From the NCBI GenBank assembly GCA_023920165.1, contig CP089280.1, forward strand, positions 2,232,001-2,296,000: a stretch of DNA of 64,000 nt, given 5' to 3'. Source of the stretch: Curvularia clavata (lineage: Eukaryota). Position numbers and translations under genes: made by a program. This document shows positions 48,146 through 60,800 of the stretch, piece by piece; the first letter of the stretch is position 1; each line of letters opens with the position of its first letter. A model generated the notes under the pieces. The model was not told the DNA's origin and ran no database searches. It saw only the letters and a list, made by a program, of their open reading frames with translations.

Positions 48146-49049
48146 ACGATAGTAATCATAGGGACGGGCCGGCTTATGCATTTCGCAACTGCTTAGTGAA
48201 GTTCTCAAGACGAATCATGAAGCCGTGCGCTCAATGTAATGTTCCGCATGCTCTCCAGTGCACCTCGCGATGAATCGTTTTCAGAACGAAGACGTACTTA
48301 ACTTTGACCAATTGCGCGAAACGTCAAGCACTACGCGTCTACTCACTACTGCATTCAAGAGGGGCATGATCCCAGCCAGCCATGTCACTCTTCGGGTCTC
48401 GCTAGACTACGTTTCAGCGTAACGTACCACTCAGCGCAACTCTTGGCCTCTCCAAGCCTCTCCAACTAGTCGTCCTCACATCTTCGGACCTGACCGGGTA
48501 TGCTAGTAACCAGGTCTGTCTACGGCCCCTAGCGAGTCAGCTGGCTTAGCACAGGAACCTTTCTCGAACAATCCGACCCGCCGTTATCACCAAAAGAGTG
48601 GTTCGCCGTCGGACCAAAGCTACCGCGGCGCGCGCTAGTCTCGACAGCCATCCAGAACCCTGGTGACGTTTGCGCTGCCGAATGGGAGCGGGTGGATCAG
48701 CGTAGGACCCCGAAAGCCACATAATGCAGCTTCCTTGGTCGCTTATGTATCTCTGTCTTGATTTTGTTTTATCGGTCAAAAAAGCCTCGACCCGCTGTGA
48801 ACCCTTGCATGCTTCATGCTGAGAGGGCTGCCGCCTTGCTTTAGTGTTTGTGACAAGCCACTCTCAATCTCTTGGGCACTTCTCCATAGCCATCCAGGAT
48901 GCTGGCGGTTTAAAACTAGCACTCCCCACACAGACGCTCTTTTTCTCCTACATACTGTAGTCTCCTACCCTAGCACTGGATTCGTTCAGTCTGCTACCCG
49001 TTTTACTCCTGTGTCGCATTTTTTGCCTTTGCTTTTAGCGTCACGCCTT

Positions 49050-50618
49050 ATGGGGGTTCTAAACCTTCCACAATTCCGTTATCATGGGCCGTGGGTTCAG
49101 ATGTTGATTGCCGGCCTGGGCGTCGGCTCATCTGCTGGTATCTACGTTGCTCTCAACCTACTGGGTGCTGGTGGTGGAAGGCCAGATTCAGCCCAAGTGG
49201 TTCAAGTTGTCAACGCGACGTTGTGCGCAGGTAAAGAAGGCTCAGCATCTTCTATCATTAGACTATTGATGACCGAGGAATAGTATGGTTCTTCTCCTCC
49301 TCCTTCGGCGGCTCCATCTTGAACAAACTCGGCCCTGGCCTTACCATGTGCATCGGTGTTCAAACCTACGCTGTGTATGTCGGATCACTCTGGTACTACG
49401 ATGAGACTGGCAAGACTGGCTACCCCTATGCTGCGGGACCTATCATTGGAATTGGAGCGGGTATGGTGTTCATCACAGCGGGATATGTAGCAACTGGCTA
49501 TCCCGAAGAGAGTGAAAAAGGATCTTATGCAACCATTTTGATGAACATGCAGGCTCTCGGCTCTGTGGTTAGTGGTATCATCCCTGTGATCATTAATCGA
49601 GACTCCGACACGGTTGCTGGCGTCCCTAGGTCGGTATACATATCCTTCATCACTATTATGGTCATTGGTGGTTTGCTCTGCCTGGCTCTGCTTCGACCAC
49701 ATAGACTCACGAGAGATGATGGATCGGTTGTAGCAGTCGATCGACCGAGAGGGGCTTGGACAGAATTGAAGTCTAACCTGCTTGTCTTCACGGACCCGAT
49801 CTTAGTTATGATGCTTCCAGCCTTTCTTCCAGCAGAGGGCTTCCTCGTGTACAGCGGGTCGGTTAACGGCAAGTACCTTCGGAAGAGTCGTATGAAACTA
49901 TGCTTACAACATCAAAGCCTTTAACAATAACCTTCGTACACGATCTCTCTTGTCATTCATCGCCGTCGTCCTGCAAATTCCCGCAGGATGGGCTCTGCAG
50001 TGGGTTCTGGACTACCCAGGCTGGGGCCGGCGCAAACGTGGACTGATTGGGCTCACTGGCGTCTGTGTACCTCTCGTCATTGCGTGGGTATGGGAAATGG
50101 TAGGATCTTTATTCTACTGCTAAGCATAGTTTACTAAGATTATCCAGATCCGAACTCGTAATTATGATCGAAACTTTCCTCCAACCCACCCAACAGACTG
50201 GGCTGACCCTAGGTTCGGGTGGGTATTCTTCCTGTTCATGCTGAACTGGGTCTTCTCCCAGCTCTGGCACAACATTGTTTACTACTGGATCGGCGCGTTG
50301 ACCAACTCACCTCAAAAGCTCACGCACTACGTGGGTATTTTCCGTGGAGTACTCGGCGCGGGTGAAGCGATATGCTTTGGCCTCGACAGTATCAAGATCC
50401 CCTTCATTGCTGAAGCTGGAGGCATATTGCTATTCTACGTGATCGGTATTGCAAGCTTCTATTACCTAGGGATCTACCACATAACAGATACGAATTACGA
50501 CAAGTCAGAGGAAGGCGCAGTGGTTCCTAATCACATCCTGGAACGAGATGGTATCGCCCCAGCACAGGAAATCAAAGAGCATGCAAAAAATATGTTAAAT
50601 GACGGGGACAAAGTTTGA
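49050..50618 (+). CDS. UNC93-like MFS transporter (DUF895 type)
   Basis: PWVQMLIAG..ALNLLGAGG; YPEESEKG; RDDGS; NNLRTRSL; YWIGALTN..YVGIFRG; three introns. Confidence 0.85.
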
Positions 50619-52018
50619 AGCCTCAGCACAATTTGGTACCCTTTATCACGCGCTTTTCTCTTGCAAATACACTACTGTAATACATCACATACCATTGATC
50701 AATGAGAATCTTGTACACACATTACCAGCTTACGTACCACATAGGAGAATTACTTCGCCACATAGCTGCACCGCACTGCTAGATCCGTGCCGCTTGTGGT
50801 GCCCATTCCCACGATATTGCCGGCCAATCACTCCTTACCCACCAACTAATGTCTCATGCACAAACAATATAGCACCATGCACATTCCAAGGCCCATAGGG
50901 GCCATCTGCCAACCAGTCAATGCCCTGCAAAACCTCCGCACGCCATGATTCGCCTAACCACCCCACACATCCAGAACCAGGGTTAGTGCACCGTTTCCAT
51001 GACCCTGCTGTGACTGAATCGCTACGCGCACTTGCTGCCTGCACTTAGATTCGTGCAACCTTCTTCCAGCCAGGGTAAACTTCGCCTCCACAATTGGCGA
51101 CGCAGCCGTCCCTGGGCACGATATGCGTTCCTTCCTTCCACCATAGCCGTCATGGTAAGATGAAAAAGCAAGGATCTGGTATTTGCTTTTCCTATTCTTT
51201 TTTTCTCTCCTTCCGACAAGGGGAGGCAGCTCGTACCGAGTGATAAGCGTGGCTGGCCCACGCCCCCGCTTGCCCACCCACCAACGGGCCGTCCCCCGCC
51301 TCAATTGCGCTATCAAGCGCTGTAATGATACAGCGTGTGTGTGTGCTTGGTCGCTCAGGATAAAGATCGACGCGAAAGAACGAAGCAAATGGAGACTTGG
51401 CGTGAAAAGGAGCTCTGAGCGCTAGGACTCATGCACGAATGACGTGTGGATGTGCGTATGTGGAAAATGATCACTGCCCATATGAAAGATGCATGCCTTG
51501 ATTCATGGCGTAGCGTTGCATCGAAATGTTGACGTCTTTTTCCCATGGGACGCCTTGTGCTTGAGGTGATTGGATAGGTCTCGCATCCGGTGCGATCTAC
51601 CGTTTGTCGGACTGTTGATAGCGAATAAGTGGGGATGAGTAAGGGTTGCACATACAGGGCAGCTTACTGGGGTGCATGTTTGGAGTAGGGCTTAGAAATG
51701 GATTTTTTATTTTGGAGAAGAGGATAACGGATTGGAGTAGGATACAGGGTAATGGAAACGCTGGTATTTGATTCGGGGTTCTTTGGAGATAATCTAATCC
51801 ATTGATAAAGGGTCTTGAGCGATACGGTCAGGTATCTACGAATAACGAGTCGAAGAGGAAATTCCACCATGAAGTCGTTTCAAATTCTGCATGTCGAGAA
51901 AACAGGTCTGTCGCCCCCAGGCTTTATGTGTACTTGCATATGAAAAAAAAACCCCACTCCAGCCTGTCGATAAGTTGTCCAGGTCATTGCTCTGGCAAAT
52001 ACCTCAAATAAAATGCTC

Positions 52019-53737
52019 TCACGCGTCCGTAAACTCAAATCTAACCAGGACCGTGCATGTTGTTTCATGTCCAGCCAAATCGAACATGCGGACGAAGACC
52101 CATTCAGGCGTGACATACAGTAATCTCATTGCTGCAACAGCGAAGATTGGGTTCTTGGAGAAGCTGTCGTCGCTCTTGATCAACATGCGTAAGAAGACCA
52201 ACTCATTGTCCTCGTACTCCCATTCTAGGACCTCCTTCCACATTGGGTCAGTGGCGGGCGGGTTGTCTTTGTGCATGAAGCTAGTCAATTTGTGGGGTTT
52301 GTAGACGGCCGTCTTGCGCTTAGGAGGCATTTTGTTCAAGTCATTGGGATGCACGAGCGTGCAGGTTAGGTAAGGCTTGATTTCGTTGGGGTCGCGGCCT
52401 TGAGGCAAAGGCACATCGGTTGCACCTGCAACATGCAGCCGAAGGCGTTTCCGCCTGCCAGTGCTAAGGCTTCCGGACCCACCAGCGCGTAGAGCGGCAG
52501 GCTTGAGGACATATCCGTCCGAACCAGCAAAGAGGGCTTCGTTAAGTTGCGAACTAGCACCAAAGGTTTGCCAGTTGAGCGCGCAGATTTGTGCACCAAG
52601 ACCCCAGAATGGGACCGGGGCCAAGTTCTTAGACGAGATCCGGGTTCCTTTTGGGTAGACTCGCATCAAGTGGTGGGCGTTGTGACGAGCGATCTTAGCA
52701 GTATTGGCTGGTAGAAGACTCGTGAGACCAGATTCAGAGACGTTAATGAGTTGATGGTGCGGTGCGTTCTCCAGCTCGCTTTCAAACCACGAGTTGTTGA
52801 CGGGCTTAACGGATTGCGCATATACCCCCAGGTCTGCAAGTTCAGGGATGATACCACCAGGTTTGGCAGCTTTTCGTCGTTCCACATATGCCTGGTGTGC
52901 TTGCTTTTTCTCTTCTTCGTCGGAACTTGAATCGCTGCTGCTACTGCTCTCCTCTTCGTTGGGTAGATGGTACTCGACAATGACCGCCACTTTGTTACCC
53001 AGCTCAGCAAGGGTGACATGCTCACGGTTGCTGGGGTCATTTTGTTCGCGTGTGCCTTTGTCGCGCACTGCTTGACTGACAAGCCGGTGGCCAAGGACTT
53101 CCTGGAAGATTTGTACCAGGCGAAGCTGCCCGTGCGCGTCGCAGTGATTTTCTAAGGAGATCAGAATAGGTGCAGCATTCTCCTCATTGGATGCCTCTCT
53201 GTCCACGACGTCCCGGATTGTCTCGCATACTTCACGGAAAGGTATGTGAGAGACGAGGGTGTAGCCATGCGTGACCTTGGGCTCGTCCTTGTTGTCGTCA
53301 TTGTCCCAAGCATCAATCTCAACGCATCGTGATCCAGTGTGAAGGGCGATCTCATATGCCTGGGCATGCGACTCGCCATACAGCTGGTGCGCCATAAGAT
53401 ATGTGTTGTGCGACGAACTGATGAAATATTCAGGGAGCGGGTGGTTTCTGTCAATCAGTTCTCGCGGAATATCGACGTGGTTTTTGCTGAGCAATTCCCG
53501 CAATGCTCCAGTATGTGCTGGTCCAGAACCGGGGTCTGGCAAGATGCCATTTTCGAAAATATACTTTTGCAGCGATTCACTCACGCGGAGCTTATCTTTG
53601 GTGAGATGCGATGCTCGAGATGCATGGCCTCCGCCGGCCACGGTCCCCGCATCAATAGCCTCGCCTTTGTCCTCATCGTCGATGTCTTTCTTGGAGAAGG
53701 GATTGAGCTTTGAAATGCCAGAAACTAATTCAGCCAT
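52019..53737 (-). CDS. Phosphoinositide-specific phospholipase C (X-Y-C2), short form
   Basis: PLPEYFISSSHNTYL; RCVEIDAWD; VTHGYTL; ISLENHC; RVYPKGTRISSKN; GAQICALNWQ; C2 domain. Likely start ATG 53737. Confidence 0.92.
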   Translation of the reverse strand: MAELVSGISKLNPFSKKDIDDEDKGEAIDAGTVAGGGHASRASHLTKDKLRVSESLQKYIFENGILPDPGSGPAHTGALRELLSKNHVDIPRELIDRNHPLPEYFISSSHNTYLMAHQLYGESHAQAYEIALHTGSRCVEIDAWDNDDNKDEPKVTHGYTLVSHIPFREVCETIRDVVDREASNEENAAPILISLENHCDAHGQLRLVQIFQEVLGHRLVSQAVRDKGTREQNDPSNREHVTLAELGNKVAVIVEYHLPNEEESSSSSDSSSDEEEKKQAHQAYVERRKAAKPGGIIPELADLGVYAQSVKPVNNSWFESELENAPHHQLINVSESGLTSLLPANTAKIARHNAHHLMRVYPKGTRISSKNLAPVPFWGLGAQICALNWQTFGASSQLNEALFAGSDGYVLKPAALRAGGSGSLSTGRRKRLRLHVAGATDVPLPQGRDPNEIKPYLTCTLVHPNDLNKMPPKRKTAVYKPHKLTSFMHKDNPPATDPMWKEVLEWEYEDNELVFLRMLIKSDDSFSKNPIFAVAAMRLLYVTPEWVFVRMFDLAGHETTCTVLVRFEFTDA

Positions 53738-54960
53738 GATAGTACTACGTGTTACACTGTAGGGGGAAAAGTAAACGTAGATTGCGTGTTCAGCCACAGG
53801 AATGATGAGGGGGTGGAGATGGAAGATGTGGCTGGTTCAGCTGGCGGGGTACAGCCGGCGGGGTACAGCCTTGGCTGTATCACACGGAAAGCGTAAGCGG
53901 GAAACGGTCGTCAGCCTCAAAACAAGATCTAGACTATGCAGGGGCAAGGGTACGGTTTGAAATCACAGCTTCCAAACTTTCAGCGCACACGTAGATGAAT
54001 GTGACAGCTACTTCTAGCGGTGCGATAAAGCGAGCGAGACATGCATAGCGCTTGGGCTAATTTGGGTGGCGTGACCTGCAGTTCTGGAGAGTGGAAGAGA
54101 CGAAACCTTGGTCCGGAGTGACACAGCATGGCAGATGAGATCTGTGATCTCAGATCTGGCGTACCGTTTGAATGGTAAACCCTATCTGTGACATCTGATG
54201 GATTAGGTCTAGGCCTTTTGCAAACCCACACATCCCTACCGGACCGCGCCAGCCTGGGTGGAATAACTTGGTACGGACGAAAACAAAAATGCTTGCTCAT
54301 TCGCGCAGATTCATGGCTACGATTATGGGCCAGGAGAACGCATCAGCCCATACAATCGTCGAGTCATGCAGCTCAGCAAATAGCACTGGCGAGTCGAAGC
54401 ATGCCACCTCTCTTCCAAGTCTTGTATTCAAGGCCAAGAGATCTCGCCGCTGTTATGCCCAAGGATAATCTGAGGGCCACTATGGTCCATATTGCGAAAA
54501 ATCTTAAGATGAAAGGCTCTGTATAGTTGTGGAAATGCCATTTACGAAGCTTTCAAATCGTGCGTTATTTTTGAGAGAATTCCACAATGCGTGGCTTGCT
54601 ACGGACATCAGCGATATCGCTGCTGTGTAATGCTGTTGTCTTGCTTTTTGTTTTCAATTGTCCTGCTCATATTCGATAAAGAACCCATTATCGCGATGGA
54701 CTTATATGCTGCTCCGCATGCGTCAACCTACCGGTAGCAAGACGCCCGTCAGCTGTTGGCGCCAAATCCTCATGCTTTTACTGACAGCCTGATGTCTGGC
54801 TAGGCTTTGTAGCTGAGTCATCGTACCATAAAAAGTCAGGATACACTTCATTCATGAATACTTTGAGCCAAAGTTTTGATGACAGAAAATATTACTTTTG
54901 CGATAAGATGATGTGTTCGTTGCTTTAACGCATCATCCAGAGAGGGCTACTTACGGGTAT

Positions 54961-55012
54961 CGGGCATGGTCAGTGCGTGAGCATGGTCAGACAATGAGCC
55001 ACCCCACCAAAA
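54961..55012 (+). repeat. Left terminal inverted repeat (52 bp)
   Basis: CGGGCATGGTCAGTGCGTGAGCATGGTCAGACAATGAGCCACCCCACCAAAA; contains the internal direct repeat GCATGGTCAG twice. Confidence 0.92.
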
Positions 55013-55058
55013 GTAGCATAGTAATCCATTCTCTTCAACACCACATAACTCCACCACC

Positions 55059-56945
55059 ATGGATCCGATTTCAAAAGCGATTGCAGCAATCGATTCGCAA
55101 GGCTCAGAAGGATAAATCTCGTACTGTGAAGCTGTAAAAAATTTTGGTGTTGACCGCAATACGTTAGCGCGGAGACACTAAAACAAAACTTAGTTGCGTG
55201 ACGACGCGATACACCAACGCTAACTTCTTAGTCTACTATAAGAATCCGAGCTTATAAAATATATATAGGACTTAACTGAGCGTGCTCTTCTATCTACTAG
55301 ATCTATAATTAAAAACTACGTATTAGTTATTGCAGAATGGGAGCCTTCGGACAGCTGGATTTCCTGATTTTTTTGTTGACACCGCGATTATCTTATTACT
55401 AAATTTGTGACTGGGATTGATTAGGAGCGTTACTAAGCTGATAATATTGATAGTTACTGATCGTATTTTGAACTTCTTCGTGCTAAGATCGCTTAGTATA
55501 ACGTAGAGCTATATAATATCTATAATATGGATGAGAAGGGGTTCCTTCTTAGGGTTGTAGAAAGGTTTAAAAGAGTGTTTTTAAAATAATTTTGGGACTA
55601 AAAGAAAGTTATAGCAGCCTTGCAAGATGGTAGTAGAGAGTGGATAACAGTTTTGGCTTGTATTTGTACTGATGGGAGCTGGATTGATCCTACGATTATC
55701 TTTGAAGGAAATGTTGGTCTTCGCGAGCGATGGATATAGGACTTGGAGGTAGATAAATATAAGGTTTTTTGCTCTACAATTGAGTCTGGCTGGAGTAATA
55801 ATGAGCTGGCAAAGGCTTGGGTTGAATAGGTGTTTGACTGGAAGATAAAGGGGAAAGCAAAACGAGACTATAGACTTCTTCTGCTCGACGGCTATGGAAG
55901 TCACGTTACTCTATCTCTTATCGATTACTGTGACTCTTATCGAATCCTGATTGCGATCTTTCCCCCCTATGCGACTTATAGTCTTCAGCCACTCGACGTG
56001 GTGTTGTATTCTCCTCTGTCGACAGCTTACTCGAATGAGCTATCCGACTTTCTCCGCCGCTGTTAGGGGTTACTGCGCGTGCAAAAAAGTGACTTTATAA
56101 GCTTATTTTGGGCGGCATATATATTGACTTTCATATTTGAGAATATTATAAGCAGCTTTGCGGCTACTGGAGTTCATCTACTCGATCTAGAAGTTGTACT
56201 CCAACGCTTTAAAATCTCAACACTATAATAGGATATAGATACAGGAGTTAGAGAGTATAGAGATGGGGATATTTGGAGACAGCTGTCTAAGTTATACGAC
56301 GCTGCTGTCCCAGATAAGTTAAAAGTTGAAGCCAAAGAGCTAAAACAGGCACTCTATTTACTTCAGGTTAGAAATGCGCTGCTCTACTATGAAAACGAAG
56401 AGTTACGCAGTGAAATTAACGCTAAAAAATAGAAGAAAAAGTATAATCCAGTTCTAGATCTTCAGCAGCACTAAGAGTATTAAAGTTTGGCGGTGGTGTG
56501 GAGTCCTCATTCAGTACAAGAAGCTCGGGCTCGTGAATACGCAAAACAATAAGAAGCTAAGGTAGAAAAACTCCGAAAACAAGAGTAAAAAGAGATTAAA
56601 GCTGCTGCTACTGCCTATAAGAAAAATATTGCAGCAGAAGCAAAAGAAGCCCGACAGTTGGCACGGGAGGCACGAGCAAAGGAGCGGGAGGCGAAGGCTG
56701 CGCAACTTGCGGCTGCCCGGGCTCAAAAACAACAAGAACGCGTTGCTGCAACACCAAAAAAACTTCAAGATAGAGGGAATAAAGGTAAAAGAAAAGCTTC
56801 ATCAAGTCAAATATCAAAAACAGCTAAGCGTCGTGGTGTTGCGGATGATCAGAGTGGTGGTGCGTCTGCACCGCAGCCACCCGAGCCCTCCACCAAAACC
56901 ACTACGCGCGGCCGCAAAATCAATCTTCCGAGTAAATATAAGTAG
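55059..56945 (+). pseudogene. Fot1/pogo DDE transposase pseudogene (629 codons, many premature stops)
   Basis: MDPISKAIAAIDS..FGVDRNTLARRH (HTH); IYNMDEKGFLLG; RLLLLDGYGSH; PPYATYSLQPLDVV; ends RGRKINLPSKYK*. The start and both ORF-track fragments share one frame. Confidence 0.92.
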
Positions 56946-57046
56946 ACAGCCATCAAATATATTATAATCTTACTACTCCGCCAAGAAATCTCACGATATT
57001 AGCTTTTGTATGGGGCTTAAAAGCTTCGTTTTTTGGTGGGCGTGCA

Positions 57047-57098
57047 TTTTGGTGGGGTGGCTCATTGTCTGACCATGCTCACGCACTGACCATGCCCG
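57047..57098 (-). repeat. Right terminal inverted repeat (52 bp)
   Basis: Exact reverse complement of 54961-55012. Confidence 0.92.
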
Positions 57099-57353
57099 CT
57101 ACAGCCGTGATAAAGCAATGCCAAGGCTACAAGACAAAATAATTATTGCGAAATCAAATTTCTATCTATCAAAAGAAAGTAATCGAACAAATAATCCTAC
57201 ACATGCATCACCACTATGACTAGGTAGGAATTAGAAACGCTCAGCCTTGCCAGCATTCCATTCACCTCTAGCCAGTCCAAAATGAGATACGCGAGATCTC
57301 AGAAGCCATTTGATGTCTCTCTCACCGTTTACCTTTGGAAATGAACGGTGCTC

Positions 57354-57849
57354 TCATTTTCCATCTACTTGAATGATACCGTCGCATGTACAAGCCGGTA
57401 AAGAAGAACCACGTCCCCCTCCATCAGTTGGCTTGGTGGCCAAGTCCTCAGTGTTTGGCGTTCGAAGAAGTTCAATCACTGTCGCATTTGACGTGGAATC
57501 AAGACACGCTTCCTGCATATTGCGGTGGCGTGCGCACACAGCTCGATCCGTTGAATTAGAGCGTACTGAAATGTATCAGCATCTGTCAGCAGGAAAAATG
57601 AGACTTTCAAGTACCATTATCCAAGGCGGGGTCAGTGTCCTGATATTGTCCGTCGGCGACCCATGACCCGACACAAGGCAAGTCTCTGTCATGCTGACGA
57701 GTGAGGTTGCGAGTTTGGCCGCTCGCTTGGGGGTTTCCTTGGCCAATGGGGGCTGGAAGTTCCGTAGATTTAGCCACCTGTTTGGCGCTGTGGGCCGAGC
57801 CATGTGTAGCAGCAGTTTTGACATGAGAGGATTGAGGTGAAGCAGTCAT
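57354..57849 (-). CDS. Possible two-exon orphan gene (~148 aa)
   Basis: ATG in CATCATG context; a 49-nt GT..CTGAC..CAG intron (57614-57566) joins two ORFs in frame; donor GTACTT is weak; no recognisable homology. Confidence 0.3.
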
Positions 57850-60800
57850 GATGATGATATAGGAATCTTGAAGAGCGAAATCTAGCAGCGCAAACAATTC
57901 CTCCCACTGGTATTTAAACTTTCCAGTGCAAACCGCTGCTTCACGAGAGCCACGCTCGCTGCCCCCAGGTTCTGTCGAGTCAGTCCTCCTCCCATTGTCC
58001 CAACAGCACGGCCCGAGAAGTCATAGCTGAGCGTTGCTAAACGGGCCCGGGGGTGTATACAGACACGTTCCCATGATTTGGTAGGGGCTGTATCCGGCAA
58101 GTGGAGACGGATGGTGAAGCACTCCCCCGATCCTTTTCTGTGGGACCGTTGCCTCAACCCCAAGGCTGAACAGATCTCGGCGCAGTCATGGGCCGGGAGC
58201 TTTCAAGCAGGCGCACAAGCGAGACGCACTGTATGCCATCTTGAGGATAGTGATTATGCACCGAAGCTTCGACAGAAGACACATAACTACCCAGACAAAC
58301 CATCGGAATCAAGAAATCAGGGTACGCTGCGTCCACTCATGGAGCGGATAACTCTCACGACCATGCTGTGTAACCAAACTCATAGTACCCTGCCTTCATC
58401 AGTCATGCTGAGCCAGGATCCGTTCCGTAAACCGACTGTATCGGGAGCCGGTGCTCGCACTCGGGTAGGCCTCGGGCGGAGGACTTTGAAAACCCCCTTT
58501 TTACCCTTTCTCATTCGAGTACGCACTCTTGTAGCCGACCTGCACCGTGGCATTGGTGCAAGCAGTGCTCGGGCGGTGTGAGGAGCACTTCTCATTGTCG
58601 CGACCGGAATGTCTCACTTAAGCGCCCACGAGCCCTGCTACCCTTTCGTGGGGAAATGACAGTACTGCTTGTCACACCGACTTTTCTTTGCGAGATTATC
58701 TTGGGATCGGCGGATTTACGAGGAGACTTGGGGGAGGGGGTCATGCAGTGAGCATCAATAAAGCGAAGTCGGGGCCATTTGAACGGTGTATGTTGATCAG
58801 GCAACAGTCTTGGTATAAGTAAAGCTTAGTTTTAGCTTGCATTGGTACGTTTCAAGAATAGCCGACGGTGTGATAAGAAAAGCTGATACCGAACCGCCGT
58901 GCCGAGCTGTACGGAACGATGTTCATGGTCACGGTAGCGGTACCGAGCACTCAGGCCCGATTGATGCGCTGTCCGTCATTTAATGATGCCGCCTTGGATA
59001 AAGTACTATCGACTAATTTGGCAGGAAATTCTGATCATACCCGCTTCCCCATCCGCTGTCAGTGCCTCAGGTAGGGTATCTTTGGAAACTGACGCTTCCA
59101 GCGTGAAAAGGCTTCGAGAACCAGCGGAGAACGTGTGCTGATTTGGTAGGAATGTTAGTGAACAAGGAAACTCGCCAATCATTACGGTGAAGTAGTTGCA
59201 CTGTGGCCGTCTGCTAATGCTGGTGGTCAGCAGATAAGAATAAAAAGGCCTCCCATCATGACAGGGTCTGCTCCGAAGCGTCCTGGTTGCGGTGATAACC
59301 CTGTAAGTTTCGGTAGGCTGAGCAGTGGGTCCCACAGCCATTTGCCAAGATGGAGCCAGCCTTGTACCTGGACCTAAGGCTGGACAACAAGTAAACGTGG
59401 TCTCAGTGGTGCGAGTGGGTCTCACCGGCGCGGGTGGGCCTTGACTTTGTATTTAGCTCTGTAAAAGATCCAGAATACGATTATGGATGGTGGGGCACTG
59501 TGCATGTGTACACCATGGTTCTACACCTCGCTTGCTTACCGCGCGCCTACGTAGGCGGTTTCTCTGCCACCCTTCCCCCTCTGCCCGAAGATATGCAGGT
59601 CGTTTAGCATATTACTCCGAGTATTCCTTCCACCAGAGGTTGGTGCCGAATCAGTGGCAAAGCCCGTGCAGAGACAAATATGTCCGAGCGTTAGAAGGAC
59701 AACACATTTTCGATAGAGCAACTTGGCTGCAGACGCAGATCCAAATTTCATTCCTATAGATTTGGTAGCATGTGGTGCATAGGGGGCTGGCTGAGATATC
59801 AGGGACGTTGTGGCGCCATTCTGTGATTTGGCATCAAAACAAGTTGGGATGAGTGGACTAGGTTCTCACCACTTTCTCATGTCTAGATGACCTTGGAATC
59901 ATCAAGGATCTTATTGGTCTCCCCAGCGCTAGTGTTATATGGGACTAGCCTCATGTAAGTCAATATGTCAGGTCTGTGTTTCGATGTGGTATAGGACAAA
60001 AAACGAATCCGATGATCAGTTCCTGCATGAAATCCGTCATGATGCCTGTCAGGGGCCATGCCGAAAGCCTGTCACCAACGCCCCAAGGCGTCACTTGCCG
60101 GCTACCGGTAGTGTAGCGGACGTCGGAGCGGCTGGCATCCGAACAGCCCTTTCAACTGTGGAGAAAAAATGGATCGACGTTGGCTTGACTCCATTACACG
60201 AAACAGCAGTGTTGGCAAACCTGAGTTTCAGGTCGGAATCTCGGCACTCACAAATGAGCCCAGGAGTTTTGTGGTGACTCGATCTCGCATCACGGTTGGT
60301 TTACCAGAAGTAGTGAACGAATTAGATTGAAATTCTACTAATACATGATTTTTGAAAAAGAAAAACACGATGAAAGGTTTAGTTGGAAAATTCGAGGGTT
60401 TTTCCACAGGAGCAGCTGACCCCCAAGAAGATTGTTGTTAGAGTTTGTCGCTGGGTGACCGGACTAAGTGGTCTTTTTGCTATCGTCATTTGTCTGCCGT
60501 ATAATAGCATCTAGGTCGTGGGCCATGTTGTCTTTTGAGGGATCCAGATGGTTTATGCAGGTGCAGCCAGCGGAGGAGGAGCTACCAACATTGCAGTGAC
60601 CGGACATTCCTAACGGGAGGTCGAAGAGTTGGGTGTAGGCAAGCCTTTGGGAAGGATGCACGCCGGGAGGAACGGTTTTTCGCAGGGGACTCTGCAACAA
60701 AACTCCGTGGTACGGGCATTGCACTAGCGCAAGCGACTGAGGCACTGAGGTCGTGGCTTTCCCCTGAGTGCCAATTTTGACTGAGGTGCCTTGGTGTCCC

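Larger units (their letters stand above)
54960..57099 (+). mobile_element. Tc1/mariner superfamily pogo/Fot1-type DNA transposon, RIP-inactivated
   Basis: Perfect 52-bp inverted repeats 54961-55012 and 57047-57098; TA at 54958-54959 and 57100-57101; AT-rich internal DDE transposase relic. Confidence 0.92.

Noticed and set aside
48485..48625. CGG-N6-CCG and CGG-N10-CCG plus GATA motifs upstream of the UNC93-like gene
   Set aside because: Single, dissimilar short matches in GC-rich DNA; within chance expectation.
44994..50618. Cyclase + AlkB + UNC93-like MFS as a secondary-metabolite cluster
   Set aside because: No PKS/NRPS/terpene core; the AlkB homolog is a housekeeping type; no shared promoter motif seen.
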